Source: a virus. From it: DNA of 64,000 nucleotides. Position numbers and translations under genes: made by a program. The DNA lies in IMG/VR virus record IMGVR_UViG_3300029319_000005, positions 64,001 to 128,000 of that record; one strand, written 5' to 3'. Shown here in pieces: positions 61,186-64,000 of this stretch. The notes beneath the pieces were generated by a model. The model ran no database searches, was not told where the DNA came from, and saw only the letters and a list, made by a program, of their open reading frames with translations. Position 1 is the first letter of the stretch; each line of letters begins with the position of its first letter.

Positions 61186-61281
61186 TTAGAATCCGGGGCA
61201 ATGTATAAAAATACTAGCGGTTGATACAATTCCAAAGCAAATTATAGCAACCATAAGAAACTTTTGAAAGTTTTCTTTCAT
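61186..61281 (-). CDS. 31-aa membrane micropeptide (not in the ORF track)
   Basis: MKENFQKFLMVAIICFGIVSTASIFIHCPGF; starts 6 nt after a -10 box. Confidence 0.5.
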   Translation of the reverse strand: MKENFQKFLMVAIICFGIVSTASIFIHCPGF

Positions 61282-61287
61282 ATAAAT

Positions 61288-61316
61288 ACAATAACATATA
61301 TAATATATTATTTAAA
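61288..61316 (-). promoter_or_regulatory. Extended -10 promoter, probably giving a leaderless transcript
   Basis: TTTAAA-17 nt-TATTGT with extended TG, in an extremely AT-rich gap. Confidence 0.4.
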
Positions 61317-61332
61317 TAAATATAAATATTTA

Positions 61333-61425
61333 TTATTCTTTTTGATCAAACAGATATTTTAGTCCAATAATAAATAAAATTAAATATACTAGCCATTTTA
61401 TTTTAGTAAACAAAGGGTGCTCCAT
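61333..61425 (-). CDS. 30-aa membrane micropeptide (not in the ORF track)
   Basis: MEHPLFTKIKWLVYLILFIIGLKYLFDQKE; ATG directly abuts the upstream TAA. Confidence 0.5.
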   Translation of the reverse strand: MEHPLFTKIKWLVYLILFIIGLKYLFDQKE

Positions 61426-61833
61426 TTACTTTTCTTTAAGGTCTAGTACCCATTCGCCATTTACTTTCTTAGCACTTACTCTCATTCCAAGAAAATACCA
61501 ACGCTCGAACACGCTAGCGTCTAACTCCGGTACAAGGCCTTTCTCAATGTCTCTAAAAAATCCAACTGCTCCCTGGATAATCTGCGACTCAACCGAGTGG
61601 TCATCTCCAATCTCAAAAACTTTTTTACTCTTGTGCTTTATATCTAGCCATGCTACTGTGTCTGCCAATGTTTGTTTCATTCTTTTATTTTTGGCAATGT
61701 GGGCAGCATGATACAAATGCCCCTTTAGTGTATCAATATGGATTCCCATAAATGGGTGCCCACCGTAAGTTACCTTTGCGGAAGCGCTCACGGATATAAA
61801 ACACAAAATTATAGCTAATATTAATTTTTTCAT
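61426..61833 (-). CDS. Secreted/periplasmic hypothetical protein
   Basis: Sec signal MKKLILAIILCFISVSASA. Confidence 0.65.
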   Translation of the reverse strand: MKKLILAIILCFISVSASAKVTYGGHPFMGIHIDTLKGHLYHAAHIAKNKRMKQTLADTVAWLDIKHKSKKVFEIGDDHSVESQIIQGAVGFFRDIEKGLVPELDASVFERWYFLGMRVSAKKVNGEWVLDLKEK

Positions 61834-62435
61834 TAGATTACTCCTCTATCCATCTTCTGGATTTGTAGCTTTATGTCTTCAGTATACACTAGTCTAGGAT
61901 CTTTTTCCTCGTATAATGAAAATTTAGACTTATCAAAATCATCAATCGATAGGCTGACAACCATCATCTCTCCGCCGTGCCTATCGACGCTAGCTGCTGC
62001 ATTACTTTCGGCTAATTCATAATTTCCCCATTCGCTTGGAGCAGGAACTCCGTTTTCAACTAATGAGTCTTTTAGTGCGGTCGACGTACCATAGAAAAGT
62101 TCAGTTATGTTGTCTAAACGCTTAGATTTAGGAGGATCGATGCCTTTAAAATAACTGGGAAGGCCCATTTCGCCTGTAGCTCTCCAATCTCCGCTGTTGA
62201 CTGCTTCTAAGGCAGAATAGAGATCTATCTCTCCTCCCCCAAGACTATCAGTCCACGAGACGCCATTTTCATCTACTTTTTCAATTTTAATGATAAGAGG
62301 CTTTTCCTCTGAAAACTCATGGTCTCGTATCACGGCACCAGGGACAATGCCAGCGGCCTCTAACTTCTGCAAGTACTGTGTGCTAACTCTCGATTCTTTC
62401 AAAAACTTCCGCCACTCTGTTAGTAGTTTTTTCAT
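61833..62435 (-). CDS. Hypothetical protein with WR leader and a possible degenerate ADP-ribosyltransferase-like C-terminal domain
   Basis: Leader MKKLLTEWRKFLKE. 'LFYGTS...SLVENG' resembles LYHGT..I..GL. Confidence 0.5.
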   Translation of the reverse strand: MKKLLTEWRKFLKESRVSTQYLQKLEAAGIVPGAVIRDHEFSEEKPLIIKIEKVDENGVSWTDSLGGGEIDLYSALEAVNSGDWRATGEMGLPSYFKGIDPPKSKRLDNITELFYGTSTALKDSLVENGVPAPSEWGNYELAESNAAASVDRHGGEMMVVSLSIDDFDKSKFSLYEEKDPRLVYTEDIKLQIQKMDRGVI

Positions 62436-63052
62436 TCTTTTTTTACCAGTTCCTTATTTATGATATCATAGCCTTCCACAACTCCCACCTTTTCGTAATC
62501 AAAATCGGGGAGTAGAGCAATCTTTTGTTCTGGAAATTTACCATTTACAATAAATGAACAAGCTTGACCTACCACTTCTGTGAAAAGGGCTGGATGTGAC
62601 TTAGGTGGCATTGTTTGTATGTGTGCATTATAAGAAGCAATTTCGCCTTTGGCATCGAACTTTGTACCTCGTTGGATGTGAGACATGAAGTCGTGGACTG
62701 CTCTAAATTTTGCGTTTGTCTTGGGATCAAAGATATCGTGTTCTGCATCAAGCGTAGAAATTTTTAAAACACCATTCTGTTTCACATCTTGCTTTAATTC
62801 TTCTGCTGTAGCATAAGGATGTTCCTCAACAAACTCTACATCGATAACACCTTCAATTCTTTTAAACATCTTATCAACAAAAGGCTTCATCGCTTCAAAA
62901 TAGGGAACAGCGGCTGAATCAAACCTGGGCGCTTTAGCATAAGCTTCTGCAACCAACTGGCAATACTTATCCCAACCATTTGGTCCGGGCTTAAGCATTA
63001 ATTTTTCATCTAATACGACGAATTTACGCCAATTTTCAAGTAAGAGTTTCAT
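62432..63052 (-). CDS. Phage protein with WR leader and an 'FRAVHDxxxH..GE..TE..GQ' putative metal-binding domain
   Basis: Leader MKLLLENWRKFVVLDE; 'NAKFRAVHDFMSH', 'GEIASY..H', 'LFTEVVGQ'. Confidence 0.6.
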   Translation of the reverse strand: MKLLLENWRKFVVLDEKLMLKPGPNGWDKYCQLVAEAYAKAPRFDSAAVPYFEAMKPFVDKMFKRIEGVIDVEFVEEHPYATAEELKQDVKQNGVLKISTLDAEHDIFDPKTNAKFRAVHDFMSHIQRGTKFDAKGEIASYNAHIQTMPPKSHPALFTEVVGQACSFIVNGKFPEQKIALLPDFDYEKVGVVEGYDIINKELVKKE

Positions 63053-63053
63053 A

Positions 63054-63593
63054 TTACCATGCCTTACAAGACCAATATCTTGCTTTCCATTTAGGCCCAG
63101 GGTTTTTGCAATTATGTCGAGCCCTGAAAGATTTTCTAGCCTTTGGATTAGATTTTCTAATTTTCATATTAGGATCACCGAAGTTTACTTTAACAACGTT
63201 GCCTTTTGCATTCTTAACATAGACCTTAGATTTTTTAACATCACCCTTCATAGGCTTATTTAATGTTACTTTGCGACCTTGGTATTCTGCTTCTTCTAAA
63301 ACCTCGCCTTCTGCGAGCATCTCATAGTAGGCTTGCTCGTCTACATCTTCGGTAGTAACTTTCTTTTGTTGCTTGGCTTTTTTAACTTTGCTTTTAAGAC
63401 GATTCATATTATATTTACCAATCTTAGACAGCTTCGACAAAGCCTGCACCGCTGATGGACTACTATGCCCAGCCATTATGGCATCGATTGCTTGTTTCTC
63501 TAGTTCAGCTATGTTTGGAGAATCGTCTTCACTTAACAAGGCATTAAGTTCTTCTTTTACAATTTTTCTAATCTGTTCTTTTGTGATATTCAT
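63054..63593 (-). CDS. Basic DUF6321-like putative internal head protein
   Basis: N-terminal 'ITKEQIRKIVKEEL..LSE'. C-terminal 'KVYVKN..VKV.FG..RKSFRARH.C..ARYWSC..W'. AGGAG SD. Confidence 0.65.
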   Translation of the reverse strand: MNITKEQIRKIVKEELNALLSEDDSPNIAELEKQAIDAIMAGHSSPSAVQALSKLSKIGKYNMNRLKSKVKKAKQQKKVTTEDVDEQAYYEMLAEGEVLEEAEYQGRKVTLNKPMKGDVKKSKVYVKNAKGNVVKVNFGDPNMKIRKSNPKARKSFRARHNCKNPGPKWKARYWSCKAW

Positions 63594-63715
63594 CGGTCTG
63601 CTCCTATTGGCTTTTTCCTTATTTTTCCCTTTTCTAACATTTTCCGACCCACCTGGCCAGTCAAGTTCATCCGGTCATATGTGTGGCTCATACCAGCCTT
63701 GTTTACTATCTTTCA

Positions 63716-64000
63716 TTATCCTTTTTTTCCTGCTTTAGATTTTTTGCCAGATTTTTTTGAGGTCCCACAATCAGATGGTGTTGGGCGACAATGTGGATAC
63801 TTTGCTCTTTTTTCGCCCTCTTTTCTTCCGCACGATTTGCAAGTTTTCCTACCAGTCTTCTCGTCTTTTCTACAGGTATTGCAGTCCACCCAGCCTTTTG
63901 ATTTGCCTTTACCACCTTGTCGGGAAAACCAACCGTGTAGACCGGATTCTTTTTCTTTAGAGTAGTCAGTTTTCTTTTTCTTTTCTTCTAGCTCGTTCTC
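63716..64000 (-). CDS. C-terminal part of a basic Cys-containing protein, truncated by the window edge (not in the ORF track)
   Basis: ENELEEKKKKTDYSKEKESGLHGWFSRQGGKGKSKGWVDCNTC..CKSCGRKEGEKRAKYPHCRP..KKG*, stop at 63716. Confidence 0.7.
   Translation of the reverse strand, partial: ENELEEKKKKTDYSKEKESGLHGWFSRQGGKGKSKGWVDCNTCRKDEKTGRKTCKSCGRKEGEKRAKYPHCRPTPSDCGTSKKSGKKSKAGKKG

Noticed and set aside
61282-61400. AT-rich stretch as a replication origin
   Set aside because: No iterons or nearby replication genes. It is explained by a promoter and two small ORFs.

Overview
A gene-dense, AT-rich 64 kb segment of a large ('jumbo/huge') myovirus-type tailed phage genome. Almost all real genes are on the minus strand, standard code 11 fits, and many stop/start codons overlap. 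Left to right: (1) 1-31.6 kb, a baseplate/tail module with two ~2,900-aa proteins, a DNRLRE-like protein, gp6/baseplate-J, gp25 and a gp5-like spike apparently split into OB-fold, HxH spike and M15 peptidase genes. (2) A gp55-like late sigma factor. (3) A ~16.5 kb, 17-gene sugar-nucleotide/glycosyltransferase cluster containing an unexpected NadE. (4) An accessory region: Cas4/AddB-like nuclease, zincin, PIN-PhoH, lipoprotein trypsin-like protease, LamG, YkuK, TrmH, esterase, tRNA-Thr(UGU), ClpP and a J-domain protein. (5) Unrelated enzymes (kinase, DUF3293-like, ART-like, HDxxH protein) sharing a short N-terminal 'M-x-x-[IL]-[LF]-x(2-3)-W-R-x-[FY]...L-x-E' leader that looks like a capsid-targeting signal. 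Best leads: this leader-tagged cargo set; a phage glycan pathway with a candidate [S/T]GS acceptor motif in specific baseplate proteins; and a CTAnTTA candidate late promoter. All product calls come from motif recognition by eye; no database searches were run.
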